From contig MHBK01000048.1 of NCBI GenBank assembly GCA_001804865.1, positions 4,843 through 68,842 of the forward strand: 64,000 nt of DNA. Direction: 5' to 3'. Below, in pieces: positions 31,030 to 40,228 of this stretch. The notes under the pieces are model-generated. The model saw only the letters and a program-made list of their open reading frames with translations, did not search any database and was not told where the DNA came from. Within the stretch, counting starts at the first letter, position 1, and each line of letters opens with the position of its first letter. Made by a program: the position numbers and the translations under genes. This stretch comes from Lentisphaerae bacterium GWF2_57_35 (GTDB taxonomy: Bacteria; Verrucomicrobiota; Kiritimatiellia; CAIQIC01; GWF2-57-35).

Positions 31030-32226
31030 TTAATGGTTCTCTGAATTGAGCGGACCCATCACTTTGCTTATATAGTTTTCAAGTTCACGCCCATATTCCG
31101 TGTCTTTTCCGAGTTGGGCCAGTTGTTTGTGAACCAACAGCAAGCCCTGGCTTCCGACCTCGGCTTCTTCCGCGCTGGAATAGCGTTTCTCGGGTTCGAC
31201 CTCCAGAAATCGCTGAAGCAGGATAACAAATTGGGCGTTTTGCCGGACGTGATCCGGCAAAATGCTGGGCAGTCGGCCGGGCAACTGGTTCTTGTAACTT
31301 ATTAAATCGGCTTCGGTGATTTTGTCTTTTGAGAAAAGCAAGGGTTCGCCCCGCAGCATTTCCAAGCCCACCAAGCCGAGGCTGTAGAAGTCCGATTGAA
31401 TCAGGTGCGCTCCGCGCTGGTGCATTTCGGGCGCCATGTAGGCGGGGGTTCCCATCAGAATGGACACTTTTTCGTTGATGGTGACGGCGCGGCCGTAGTC
31501 GACGAGTTTTACATAACCCAGGCGGTCGATCATGATGTTGGCCGGCTTGATGTCGCTGTGAATAAAGCCCATTTCGTGCAGCGTTTCCAGGCCTCGCAGG
31601 ACTTGCCGCATGATATACAGCGCCACGCCTGGCTGAATTCGAATTCTTCCTTTCTCGATTCGGAAGATGACATCCGTAAAGCGCGCCCATTCCTCGGGCG
31701 TGCTGCTGTGCTTAACCTGCTCGAGGTGGGTACCGTTGAGCATGTCGCGCAGACTGATGCCGTCGATCATTTCCATCTGAATGTAGCCAATGCCGTTGCT
31801 TTCCTCGTAAATGTCCGGCGCGACCAGGCTCGGATTTTTTACGAGTTGCAGCTTGGACGATTGGGCCGCAATACGACCCATGTCGGTCCAGTATTTCTTG
31901 GCGCTGGGATAGATGGACGGGTCGAACAGCTTGATGGCATGGCGCGTTACGCAGCCCCGTGCGCCTTGGCGAAGGCCTAAAAAGACAACGCCCTGACGGC
32001 CCCGGCCCAGTTCCTTTAAGAAACGGTAGGCCACGGGATAAAAAATGGCCCGGGCCTTGATGATCGCTTGGTAATTCGCGACCAATTGACGGCTGCCGCG
32101 CCCGAGGCCGGCCCCGGCGGTATCCATCATGGTCGTCGCACTCATCGAAGCGGTCTCTGCAAGTAGATCGACGCACGTAGTATCAAAATGTTGCTTTTCT
32201 TTTTGCACGTGGGAAAGTGTACGCAT
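31030..32226 (-). CDS. Soluble Hanks-type Ser/Thr protein kinase
   Basis: 'LGRGRQGVVFLG' (G-loop), 'AIKLF' (VAIK-like Lys), catalytic loop 'IHSDIKPANIMI', 'LVDYGRA' (DFG-like) and 'GTPAYMAPE'. No TM segment. The start is uncertain; an alternative Met lies at 32145. Confidence 0.8.
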   Translation of the reverse strand: MRTLSHVQKEKQHFDTTCVDLLAETASMSATTMMDTAGAGLGRGSRQLVANYQAIIKARAIFYPVAYRFLKELGRGRQGVVFLGLRQGARGCVTRHAIKLFDPSIYPSAKKYWTDMGRIAAQSSKLQLVKNPSLVAPDIYEESNGIGYIQMEMIDGISLRDMLNGTHLEQVKHSSTPEEWARFTDVIFRIEKGRIRIQPGVALYIMRQVLRGLETLHEMGFIHSDIKPANIMIDRLGYVKLVDYGRAVTINEKVSILMGTPAYMAPEMHQRGAHLIQSDFYSLGLVGLEMLRGEPLLFSKDKITEADLISYKNQLPGRLPSILPDHVRQNAQFVILLQRFLEVEPEKRYSSAEEAEVGSQGLLLVHKQLAQLGKDTEYGRELENYISKVMGPLNSENH

Positions 32227-32271
32227 GTAAGCTGATTGGGCAAGCCTGTTTGTTGTTTTTTGCTGGAGTTA

Positions 32272-33492
32272 ATGGTGTCTGCACAAATTATTGATATGGC
32301 GATTGTTGGCGGCGGCATCGTAGGAATGGCTGTGGCCATGACGTGGAGTCGGCGTTCAAAAGGGTCGCTGGTTGTTCTGGAGGCGGAGGATGGTCTGGCG
32401 GCTCATCAGACCGGCCATAACAGTGGGGTGATCCATTCCGGGCTGTATTACAAGCCGGGTTCCTTGAAGGCTCGAAACTGCGTCGAGGGGCGCGAAGCGT
32501 TGTATGCCTTTTGCAAGGAACAGGGCATTCCTCACGACCGGTGTGGAAAAATCGTAGTGGCGACTTCGGAAGCGGAACTGCCCATGCTGGCCGAATTGGA
32601 ACGCCGCGGCGGGGCCAATGGATTGGAGGGCGTGCAACGGCTTTCGCCGGCCGAAATGCGGGAGCGGGAGCCCCATGTGACGGGTCTGGCAGGGCTTCAT
32701 GTGCCGCAGACCGGCATTGTAGATTATGTCAAAGTCACGGAGGCGTATGCCCGAATCGTGCGGGAAGCGGGCGGGGAGTTTCGGACGGGTTGCCGTCTGC
32801 TGGGTTTGGCCCGCGAATCGAGCGGGCTGGTTTTGGAAACCACGAGGGGAGTTATCCGCGCGCGCTATCTCGTCAATTGCGCCGGCCTGCAATCCGATCG
32901 TGTTGCGCGGTTGTGCGGGGTGGAGCCGGGATTGAAAATCGTGCCGTTTCGAGGCGAGTATTATACGCTCATTCCGGAAAAGCGGGGTTGGGTGCGAAAT
33001 TTAATCTATCCGACGCCCGATCCCCGGTTTCCATTTCTGGGCGTTCATTTCACGCGCATGATCGACGGCCGCGTTGAAGCGGGGCCGAACGCGGTGTTGG
33101 CCTTCCAACGCGAAGGCTATCGCCGCAGCAGTTTTTCGCTTCGCGACACGTTGGAGACGCTGACCTACGGCGGGTTCATTCGCATGGCTTCCAAGCATTG
33201 GAAAATGGCCGCGGAAGAGTTTTACCGCTCGTTCAGCAAGGCGGCGTTTGTCCGTGCGTTGCAGAAGTTGATGCCGGAAATTCAAAGCGCCGACCTGCAG
33301 CCCGGCGGCTCCGGCGTGAGAGCGCAGGCGGTGACTCCGGATGGCGCGCTCGTGGACGATTTTCGGATTGTTGAAGCCGACCGCATGATCCACGTTCTCA
33401 ATGCCCCGTCGCCGGCGGCCACCGCATCGCTTAGCATTGGAAAAGAGATTGTCGACAGGGTGGAAAATCGAGCGAGCGCTGCCAGGAAATAA
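32272..33492 (+). CDS. lhgO: L-2-hydroxyglutarate oxidase/dehydrogenase (FAD-dependent)
   Basis: 'DMAIVGGGIVGMAVA' (FAD fold) and 'HQTGHNSGVIHSGLYYKPGSLKA', which I recognise as characteristic of LhgO/YgaF, plus 'MIHVLNAPSPAATASL'. ATG 32272 is preferred over the track's TTG at 32236. Confidence 0.75.
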   Translation: MVSAQIIDMAIVGGGIVGMAVAMTWSRRSKGSLVVLEAEDGLAAHQTGHNSGVIHSGLYYKPGSLKARNCVEGREALYAFCKEQGIPHDRCGKIVVATSEAELPMLAELERRGGANGLEGVQRLSPAEMREREPHVTGLAGLHVPQTGIVDYVKVTEAYARIVREAGGEFRTGCRLLGLARESSGLVLETTRGVIRARYLVNCAGLQSDRVARLCGVEPGLKIVPFRGEYYTLIPEKRGWVRNLIYPTPDPRFPFLGVHFTRMIDGRVEAGPNAVLAFQREGYRRSSFSLRDTLETLTYGGFIRMASKHWKMAAEEFYRSFSKAAFVRALQKLMPEIQSADLQPGGSGVRAQAVTPDGALVDDFRIVEADRMIHVLNAPSPAATASLSIGKEIVDRVENRASAARK

Positions 33493-33496
33493 GATG

Positions 33497-33529
33497 CAAC
33501 CACGAATGAACACGAATAGACACGAATCG
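33497..33529. repeat. Nonamer-periodic repeat element, half-site copy
   Basis: CAACCACGAATGAACACGAATAGACACGAAT differs at one position from the left arm of the palindrome at 36369-36404. It occupies the 40-nt lhgO/kamA-like spacer. Confidence 0.7.
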
Positions 33530-33532
33530 TCC

Positions 33533-34651
33533 ATGCTCAATGCGGCTGACTTTCGAAAGCGCTTTTTTCCGCAGGCCGCCCGGCGTGACTGGGATGACTG
33601 GCATTGGCAGATTCAAAATCGTTTTTGCGATCGCAAGGGACTGGAGGCTTTTCTGCATTTGTCAATGGACGAGCAAAAGGCTTTGGACGGGCAGAATCTT
33701 CGTTTGCCTGTTGCCGTGACTCCGTATTACGCGAGCCTTCTCGATCCGGGCCATCCTCAGCAGGCTCTCCGGCGCACGGTCATTCCTGTGACTGGCGAAT
33801 GGGCAAAGGCTCGGGGCGAGAGGATCGATCCGCTGGGCGAGGATGCGCACAATCCGGTGGGGAGCATCGTGCATACGTATCCGGACAAGGTCCTGTTTTT
33901 GGTTACCGACCAATGCCCATCCTACTGCCGTTTTTGCACGAGGTCCCGGGCGGTTGGGCAGGGGCGTTTTCCGCCCGACCGGGCCCGTTGGGAAGAGGCC
34001 CTGAGTTACATCGAATCGACTCCGACCATCCGCGACGTTCTTCTTTCGGGAGGGGAACCGCTGACCTTGGAAGACGACCGGCTCGAATGGCTGCTTCGGC
34101 GGCTGCGGCGCATTCCGCATGTGGATTTGATCCGCATCGGCACGAAAGCCTTGTCCTCCTTGCCTCAGCGCGTGACGCCTGCATTGGCAAAGATGTTGCG
34201 GCGTTATCATCCATTATGGATGAGCGTACATTTTGTGCATCCCGACGAACTCACGCCGGAATCCGCGCGGGCCTGTGCGCGACTGGTCGATGCCGGCATT
34301 CCGCTGTGCAGTCAAACGGTGCTGCTCAAAGGCGTCAACGACGACGCCTTGACCCTGAAGCAACTCATGCTCGGACTTTTGCGATTCCGCGTGAAGCCCT
34401 ACTATTTGCATCAGGGCGACGCCGTCGCGGGGACCGCTCATTTCCGCACCTCGGTTGCCAGGGGGCAAGACCTCATCCGCGCGCTTCACGGCCACACGAC
34501 CGGTTACGCCGTGCCGGCCTACATGATCGACGCTCCCGGGGGTGGGGGAAAGGTGCCGGTTGCTCCCGGCTATATTCGTGGACGCAAAGGAAAAACGTTG
34601 CTGCTCGATAACTATCAAGGCAAGCCGTATCGCTATACGGAAGGCGATTGA
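33533..34651 (+). CDS. KamA-family radical SAM aminomutase (lysine 2,3-aminomutase-like)
   Basis: 'WHWQIQNRF', radical SAM motif 'CPSYCRFCTRS', 'LLSGGEPL', 'PYYLHQGD' and 'VPAYMIDAPGGGGKVPV' are all KamA/EpmB family hallmarks. Start at ATG 33533. The track's 33401 start reads through the repeat element. Confidence 0.75.
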   Translation: MLNAADFRKRFFPQAARRDWDDWHWQIQNRFCDRKGLEAFLHLSMDEQKALDGQNLRLPVAVTPYYASLLDPGHPQQALRRTVIPVTGEWAKARGERIDPLGEDAHNPVGSIVHTYPDKVLFLVTDQCPSYCRFCTRSRAVGQGRFPPDRARWEEALSYIESTPTIRDVLLSGGEPLTLEDDRLEWLLRRLRRIPHVDLIRIGTKALSSLPQRVTPALAKMLRRYHPLWMSVHFVHPDELTPESARACARLVDAGIPLCSQTVLLKGVNDDALTLKQLMLGLLRFRVKPYYLHQGDAVAGTAHFRTSVARGQDLIRALHGHTTGYAVPAYMIDAPGGGGKVPVAPGYIRGRKGKTLLLDNYQGKPYRYTEGD

Positions 34652-34670
34652 TTATGGGGAAAGTCGATTC

Positions 34671-34838
34671 TGGAGGGGCACGCTCCGTCGTGACCGGATG
34701 AGAATGAGGGGCGCCTGAAGAGAGGCTGATGGGGTGAGGCGATTCTGAAAGATTAGAGAAGAGGTTCCGACAGAGCGGAACCCTCCAGAAGAGGAAAAAG
34801 GTCATTGTATTTTGGAGGGTCACGCTCCGTCGTGACCG
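34671..34838. repeat. Two direct copies of a 26-nt hairpin element upstream of cysS
   Basis: TGGAGGGGCACGCTCCGTCGTGACCG (34671-34696) and TGGAGGGTCACGCTCCGTCGTGACCG (34813-34838) differ at one position. Each folds as GG(G/T)CACG-ctccgt-CGTGACC. Confidence 0.7.
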
Positions 34839-34950
34839 TCTTTGGGCTCGCGTCGGCTCGCAATAGAATCGTTGCATCGGCAGGAGGGATGCGTATAATG
34901 CGCGGCACGAACCGCCAGGAGGTTGGTTTTAAAAATCCCATGGTTATGCA

Positions 34951-36354
34951 ATGAGCTTCAAAATATTCAATACGTTGTCGCGCGGCGTCGAGGAATTCAA
35001 ACCGCTGGAAGAGGGGGCGGTGCGCATGTATACGTGCGGGCCGACGGTTTATAACTATGCCCATATCGGGAATTTCCGGGCCTATCTCTTCGAAGACTTG
35101 CTGCGGCGGTATCTGAAGTTCAAGGGTTTTGGCGTCACTCAGGTCATGAACTTGACCGATGTGGACGACAAAACCATTCGATCTTCGCAGGAAAAGAAGA
35201 TGGCTTTGAACGACTATACCCGGACCTTCAAGGACGCTTTTTTTCAGGATTTAAAGACCTTGAATATCGAGCCGGCGGAGCATTACCCGGCGGCAACCGA
35301 TCATGTCGCGGAGATGATTGCCATCATCGAAAAGCTCTTTGAAAAAGGGTATGCCTATCAATCCGACGATCGTTCGATCTATTTCAGCATTGCCAAGTTC
35401 AAGGATTACGGCAAATTGGCGCATCTGGACCTGGACGGCTTGAAATCGGGCGCCCGCGTGGCGCAGGACGAATACGAGAAAGAGAGTGCTGCGGATTTTG
35501 CCCTGTGGAAGGCTTGGGACGAGAAGGATGGCGACGTAGCGTGGGATTCTCCGTGGGGTCGGGGGCGTCCCGGCTGGCACATCGAGTGCTCGGCGATGAG
35601 CATGAAGTATCTCGGCGAATCGTTCGATTTGCACACCGGCGGCGTAGACAATATTTTTCCGCATCACGAGGACGAAATCGCCCAGAGCGAAGCCGCGACC
35701 GGCAAGCCTTTCTGTAAATATTGGATGCATTGCGCCCATCTGGTCGTCGACGGCAAGAAGATGTCCAAATCGCTGGGAAATTTTTACACGCTTCGGGATG
35801 TGACGGGCAGGGGATACAACGGCCGCGAGATTCGTTATGAATTGATGGCCACGCATTATCGGCAGTCGCTTAATTTTACGTTTGAGGCTTTGGACGGCGC
35901 CCGCGCGGCCTTGCAGCGCCTGGACGAATTTTCCGCGCGCTTGGAATCCGTGGCCGGACAGACCCCGGCTTCGGGCGTACTTCCCCCGTGGGCCGAAATC
36001 GCGGTTCAAAAATTTACCGCTTCCCTGGATGACGACTTGAACGTTTCGGGAGCGTTGGCGGCGATCTTCGATTTGGTGCGCGACGGCAACATTGCGACCA
36101 ACAAGCAGGAGCTTTCTTCGGCCGATGCCCGGCAAGTCTTGAATCAGCTCGATCGCCTGGATGCCGTGTTCGGATTTATCCGCAAGCCGGCCGAGGCCGT
36201 GGATCCGGAGATTGAGAACCTGTTGGAATTGCGGAAAAAAGCCCGTCAGGAAAAGAATTGGGCCGAGTCCGATCGGTTACGCAGCGAAATGGCATCCCGC
36301 GGCTGGCTCGTACAGGACTCCGCCAAAGGCCAGACCGTCAAAAAGGCCCATTAA
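34951..36354 (+). CDS. cysS: Cysteine--tRNA ligase
   Basis: Class I signatures 'AHIGNFRAY' (HIGH) and 'KKMSKSLGN' (KMSKS), plus 'GRPGWHIECSAM' and 'DLHTGGVDNIFPHHE'. Confidence 0.95.
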   Translation: MSFKIFNTLSRGVEEFKPLEEGAVRMYTCGPTVYNYAHIGNFRAYLFEDLLRRYLKFKGFGVTQVMNLTDVDDKTIRSSQEKKMALNDYTRTFKDAFFQDLKTLNIEPAEHYPAATDHVAEMIAIIEKLFEKGYAYQSDDRSIYFSIAKFKDYGKLAHLDLDGLKSGARVAQDEYEKESAADFALWKAWDEKDGDVAWDSPWGRGRPGWHIECSAMSMKYLGESFDLHTGGVDNIFPHHEDEIAQSEAATGKPFCKYWMHCAHLVVDGKKMSKSLGNFYTLRDVTGRGYNGREIRYELMATHYRQSLNFTFEALDGARAALQRLDEFSARLESVAGQTPASGVLPPWAEIAVQKFTASLDDDLNVSGALAAIFDLVRDGNIATNKQELSSADARQVLNQLDRLDAVFGFIRKPAEAVDPEIENLLELRKKARQEKNWAESDRLRSEMASRGWLVQDSAKGQTVKKAH

Positions 36355-36368
36355 CTGTAAGAATAGAC

Positions 36369-36455
36369 AACCACGAATGAACACGAATGGACACGAATAA
36401 AGACATGGTAGAGATTGGTCTTTCTATTCGCGTCCATTCGTGTTCATTCGTGGTT
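36369..36455. repeat. Near-perfect 36/38-nt-arm palindrome of the nonamer-periodic element (REP-like; probable cysS terminator/insulator)
   Basis: AACCACGAATGAACACGAATGGACACGAATAAAGAC (36369-36404), a 13-nt loop, then GTCTTTCTATTCGCGTCCATTCGTGTTCATTCGTGGTT (36418-36455). It starts 15 nt after the cysS stop. Confidence 0.75.
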
Positions 36456-36486
36456 AGATATCTTCTGATTTTGAAGCGAGGAAATA

Positions 36487-37128
36487 GTGAAGCGAGGAAA
36501 ATTCATTACGTTTGAAGGGCCGGAAGGGGCTGGGAAGACCACGCAGGCCCGCCGGCTCATTGCAAGGCTGCAAGAGGCCGGGCACGAGGTGCTTTATACC
36601 CGGGAACCGGGAGGCACGCCCACCGGCGAAGCGATTCGCGGTATTTTGCAATACGATAAAGCCGGGGAAGCGCCGTGCGCCGAAACGGAAGTGCTCCTGT
36701 TTGCGGCCAGCCGCGCGCAGTTGGTGCGCAAGGTCATCATTCCCGCCTTGGAAAAGGGGACGATGGTGGTCTGCGATCGGTTTGCGGATTCGACCACGGC
36801 GTATCAGGGATACGGCCGCGGATTCCCGATCGATCAAATGCTGGCGATCAATCAATTTGCCATCGACGGCGCCGTGCCGGATGTCACGATCTTGCTCGAT
36901 CTCGATTTGGACATCGGTTTTGAGCGACTGGCCACGCGCGAAGGCATCATGCGCGAGCTGGATCGGATCGAGCGCGAAGAACGCGCATTTCACGAAAAGG
37001 TGCGGCAGGGTTATCTGGAGTTGGCCCGGCGGTGGCCGGAACGATTCCAAATTATCGAGGCCGGTCGTCCGACGGAAGCTGTGGAAAAAGATGTATGGAG
37101 AATTACGCAAGATGTCCTCCATCGATGA
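36487..37128 (+). CDS. tmk: Thymidylate kinase
   Basis: P-loop 'FITFEGPEGAGKTTQ', 'TREPGGT' and 'VVCDRFADSTTAYQG'. GTG start as in the track. Confidence 0.9.
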   Translation: MKRGKFITFEGPEGAGKTTQARRLIARLQEAGHEVLYTREPGGTPTGEAIRGILQYDKAGEAPCAETEVLLFAASRAQLVRKVIIPALEKGTMVVCDRFADSTTAYQGYGRGFPIDQMLAINQFAIDGAVPDVTILLDLDLDIGFERLATREGIMRELDRIEREERAFHEKVRQGYLELARRWPERFQIIEAGRPTEAVEKDVWRITQDVLHR

Positions 37129-38098
37129 CATAGCCGGTCCATTCGAAAGTTTGAAAAAAAGTCTGGCGGAAGGCCGCTTGAGCCATGCGTATCTCATGGT
37201 GGGGTCGCCGCGGGGCAACGGGCTGGCCCTGGCCGAATCGTTGCTGAAGCTGCTTTATTGTTCCGGCTCCGAGAAGCCCTGCGGACAATGCACAGCGTGC
37301 GGCCAGGTGGAGGAGCATCGGCACCCCGACATTCACTGGCTGGAACCGGAGAGCAAGGGGCGCGTCATCAAGATCGACCAGATTCGTTCTTTGATCAAGC
37401 AGATCAGCCAAACCCCCTTTGTCGAAGGCGGATGGAAGGCGGCGGTCATCCTGTATGCCGACCGCTTGAACGAGGAATCGCAGAATGCCTTTCTTAAGAC
37501 CCTGGAAGAACCGCCCGGACGCAGCCTGCTTCTCCTGATCGCCGAAGCGCCGCAATCGCTGTTGCCGACCATCGTCTCGCGATGCCAGCGGTTGGTGGTG
37601 GCCTCCGGCCAGGGCTCCCTCGGCGCCCAATGGCAGGAGGCCCTGGTTGAAGTTTTACGGCAGGGCGGCCCCGCGAATCCCATGGACGTATTTTTGCAGT
37701 CAGGCAGGTTGACCTCCTTGATGGAGCAGATTCAGGAATCGATCGAAAACGCGGACGACTCGGCCGAAGAGCCGGCTGACGAAGACGGCGAACCCGAGGT
37801 GGTCGATGCGCGCGTACGAGCCCGGGTCCTGGAAGCGCAGGCGGCCGTGTTCCAACAAATGATGCTTTGGAATCGCGATGTGCTCTTGTGCCGGCTGGAG
37901 GCGGAGCCCGAGTTGCTCCATTTTCCGGAGGAAATAGCCGTTCTTCGCGAGCAAGCCGCCAAACTGACGCCCCAGCAGGCGTTGGAACGTGTGGCCACCG
38001 TGGAAGATATGGCCCGCCGTCTTCAGCGCCATATGCCGGATGAAATCGTTTTTGAAGCCGGTTTGATGAAGGGCCTTGCCCCGCGCCGTCGGAGTTGA
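37112..38098 (+). CDS. holB: DNA polymerase III delta' subunit
   Basis: 'RLSHAYLMVGSPRGNG', Zn-module 'CGQCTACGQVEEHRHPDIHWLEP', 'NAFLKTLEEPP' and 'TIVSRCQ'. Start at ATG 37112 (or 37091) overlaps the tmk end. The track's 528-aa ORF from 36512 is an out-of-frame read-through of tmk. Confidence 0.85.
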   Translation: MSSIDDIAGPFESLKKSLAEGRLSHAYLMVGSPRGNGLALAESLLKLLYCSGSEKPCGQCTACGQVEEHRHPDIHWLEPESKGRVIKIDQIRSLIKQISQTPFVEGGWKAAVILYADRLNEESQNAFLKTLEEPPGRSLLLLIAEAPQSLLPTIVSRCQRLVVASGQGSLGAQWQEALVEVLRQGGPANPMDVFLQSGRLTSLMEQIQESIENADDSAEEPADEDGEPEVVDARVRARVLEAQAAVFQQMMLWNRDVLLCRLEAEPELLHFPEEIAVLREQAAKLTPQQALERVATVEDMARRLQRHMPDEIVFEAGLMKGLAPRRRS

Positions 38099-38345
38099 TG
38101 TTGGGCGCAACTTGACACGCGGCCCCCGCGCATATGAATAAGAAGCCACGTCCTTACGGACGCGGCTACGTAGCCGCCGGCGTAAGCCGGTGGTTTCTTT
38201 CCAGTAGTGCCAGACGTTCTGAGGAGGGACCGCGTCAAGATGCATCCGTTGACGTTGCCGGTTTGCATATAATATGGACAAACGAAAATTGGATTGATAA
38301 GTTCTGCACTCACCACGGGGGAAAAAACGGGCAAGGAGTCATTAT

Positions 38346-38828
38346 ATGGACATTGAGAATATCAAGTGCATCATTCAGTTGATCAAGGAAAACGAACTTT
38401 CGGAGTTCGAAATGGAAGACCAGGGATTTCGTATTGCCATCAAGCGGCGGGATGGGACGGAGGCCCATGTGGTCATGTCCGGTATGCCGCATGCCCAGAT
38501 GATGATGGCGCATCCTTCCATGCCCATGTCTCCCGCTCCAGTTGCGGCCGATGCGGTCGCGGCCAAGGAAAAAGCGGCGGATGCCCATCTCGTACCGGTG
38601 AAATCGCCGATTGTAGGCACCTTCTACCGTGCGCCGACGCCGGATGCCGAACCCTTTGCCAGTATAGGCCAGAGCGTTACCAAGGACTCCGTGGTCTGCA
38701 TTATTGAAGCCATGAAGGTCATGAACGAAATCAAGGCGGAAGTCAGCGGCGTCATCAAGAAAATCCTGGTGGAAAATGCTACGCCGGTCCAATTTGGCCA
38801 GCCGTTGTTCCTGGTCGACCCCTCATAA
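38346..38828 (+). CDS. accB: Biotin carboxyl carrier protein of acetyl-CoA carboxylase
   Basis: Biotinyl-lysine motif 'CIIEAMKVMNEI', a Pro/Ala linker, and 'SPIVGTFYRAP'. Confidence 0.9.
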   Translation: MDIENIKCIIQLIKENELSEFEMEDQGFRIAIKRRDGTEAHVVMSGMPHAQMMMAHPSMPMSPAPVAADAVAAKEKAADAHLVPVKSPIVGTFYRAPTPDAEPFASIGQSVTKDSVVCIIEAMKVMNEIKAEVSGVIKKILVENATPVQFGQPLFLVDPS

Positions 38829-38840
38829 GGTTCTGTACTC

Positions 38841-40205
38841 ATGTTTGAACGAATTCTTATAGCCAACCGCGGCGAAATTGCGCTCCGGATCATTCGGTCC
38901 TGCAAGGAGATGGGCATCAAGACCGTCGCGGTCTATTCCCAGGCCGACGAACAGTCCCTTCATGTTCAAATGGCGGACGAAGCCATTTGCATCGGGCCCG
39001 CATCAGCCAAGGACAGCTACCTGAAGATCGCCAACATCATCAGCGCCGCCGAGGTGGCCGATGTGGATGCGATCCATCCTGGGTACGGTTTCTTGGCGGA
39101 AAATGCACATTTCGCCGAAATCTGCCAGAACTGCAACATCACCTTTATCGGTCCATCGCCGGATAATATCCGTTTGATGGGCGACAAGGCCAAGGCCCGT
39201 GACGCGATGAAAAAGGCTGGCGTGCCTATTACGCCCGGCAGCGAAGACGTCATCAAGTCCAAGGACGAGGCTCTGGAAATCGCTCAAGGGATCGGCTATC
39301 CGGTCTTGATCAAGGCCGTAGCCGGCGGCGGAGGCAAGGGAATGCGCGTAGCGCGCAACGACGTGAGCCTGGTACAGGGTTTCATGACGGCCAGCAACGA
39401 AGCGGAGCGCGCTTTTGGCAATCCGGATGTTTACATCGAGAAATTTGTGGAAAGAGCGCGGCATGTGGAAGTGCAGATCATTGCCGACCATCATGGCAAT
39501 GTCACGCATCTGGGGGAACGCGATTGCAGCATTCAGCGCCGCCATCAGAAGCTGCTGGAAGAAGCGCCCAGTCCGGCCTTAACTCCGGACACGCGCAAAA
39601 AGCTGTGGAAAGCGGCGGTCAAGGCGGCGGAATCGGTTAACTACCGCAATGCCGGTACGATCGAATTTCTTTTCAACGAGGATAACGGGCAGTTCTATTT
39701 CATGGAAATGAACACCCGCATCCAGGTCGAGCATCCGGTGACCGAGCAGATTACCGGGGTCGACATCGTCCGCGAGCAAATTCGCATCGCGGCCGGACAC
39801 AAACTTTCGTTCAGCGAAAAGGACATTCGAATCAACGGGCATTCCATCGAATGCCGCATCAATGCCGAAGATCCCTATCGGGATTTCACGCCTTCGCCCG
39901 GACGGGTGGAATGGGTGAATTTCCCGGGCGGTCCCGGCGTTCGCGTCGATTCGCATGTATATTCGGGTTATGAGATTTCGCCGTATTACGACAGCATGAT
40001 TTCCAAGATCATTGTTCATGCCCGCACGCGCGAGGAAGCCATCGCCAAAATGGCGCGCGCGTTGGGCGAGTTCATGATTGAAGGGGTAGCCACGACGGTG
40101 CCTCTTTCGCATGCGGTTCTGGGCGATGCCCGATTCGCGCGCGGCGAATATAACACGCACTTTTTGGAACAATTCATGAAGGAGATATTCCTGATATCGC
40201 CTTGA
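38841..40205 (+). CDS. accC: Biotin carboxylase subunit of acetyl-CoA carboxylase
   Basis: '[25 protein letters not shown]', '[10 protein letters not shown]', 'GGGGKGMR' and '[14 protein letters not shown]'. Confidence 0.95.
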   Translation: MFERILIANRGEIALRIIRSCKEMGIKTVAVYSQADEQSLHVQMADEAICIGPASAKDSYLKIANIISAAEVADVDAIHPGYGFLAENAHFAEICQNCNITFIGPSPDNIRLMGDKAKARDAMKKAGVPITPGSEDVIKSKDEALEIAQGIGYPVLIKAVAGGGGKGMRVARNDVSLVQGFMTASNEAERAFGNPDVYIEKFVERARHVEVQIIADHHGNVTHLGERDCSIQRRHQKLLEEAPSPALTPDTRKKLWKAAVKAAESVNYRNAGTIEFLFNEDNGQFYFMEMNTRIQVEHPVTEQITGVDIVREQIRIAAGHKLSFSEKDIRINGHSIECRINAEDPYRDFTPSPGRVEWVNFPGGPGVRVDSHVYSGYEISPYYDSMISKIIVHARTREEAIAKMARALGEFMIEGVATTVPLSHAVLGDARFARGEYNTHFLEQFMKEIFLISP

Positions 40206-40228
40206 CCAACCAGCACGGGGGAAAAGCC

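Noticed and set aside
33401-33532. Upstream extension of the KamA-like ORF (and the 36161-36400 ORF ending 'MNTNGHE')
   Set aside because: These frames read through the CACGAAT periodic repeat element, giving '...QPRMNTNRHE...'. The extension overlaps lhgO, and the KamA-family similarity starts after ATG 33533.
34652-34950. T-box, riboswitch or attenuator upstream of cysS
   Set aside because: I could find no specifier-loop/T-box core (AGGGUGGNACCGCG-like) or other known leader signature. The conspicuous structures are the duplicated REP-like hairpins.
27839-36455. Possibility that the periodic repeats (27839-27993, 29465-29531, 33497-33529, 36369-36455) form a CRISPR array
   Set aside because: The repeat units are 6-10 nt words arranged as inverted arms, not 25-40-nt direct repeats separated by unique spacers. 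The copies are kilobases apart in different intergenic gaps, and the window contains no cas genes.
36512-37111. The 528-aa track ORF, which suggests a much longer HolB
   Set aside because: Its first 200 codons are the +1 frame of tmk (R/S/C/W-rich nonsense). Homology to the delta' subunit begins at MSSIDD (37112).
38249-38273. Perfect TATAAT (38268-38273) with TTGACG (38249-38254) as an accB promoter
   Set aside because: The spacer is only 13 nt, too short for a canonical sigma-70 promoter, and no alternative -35 at 16-18 nt fits. I left it unannotated pending TSS data.
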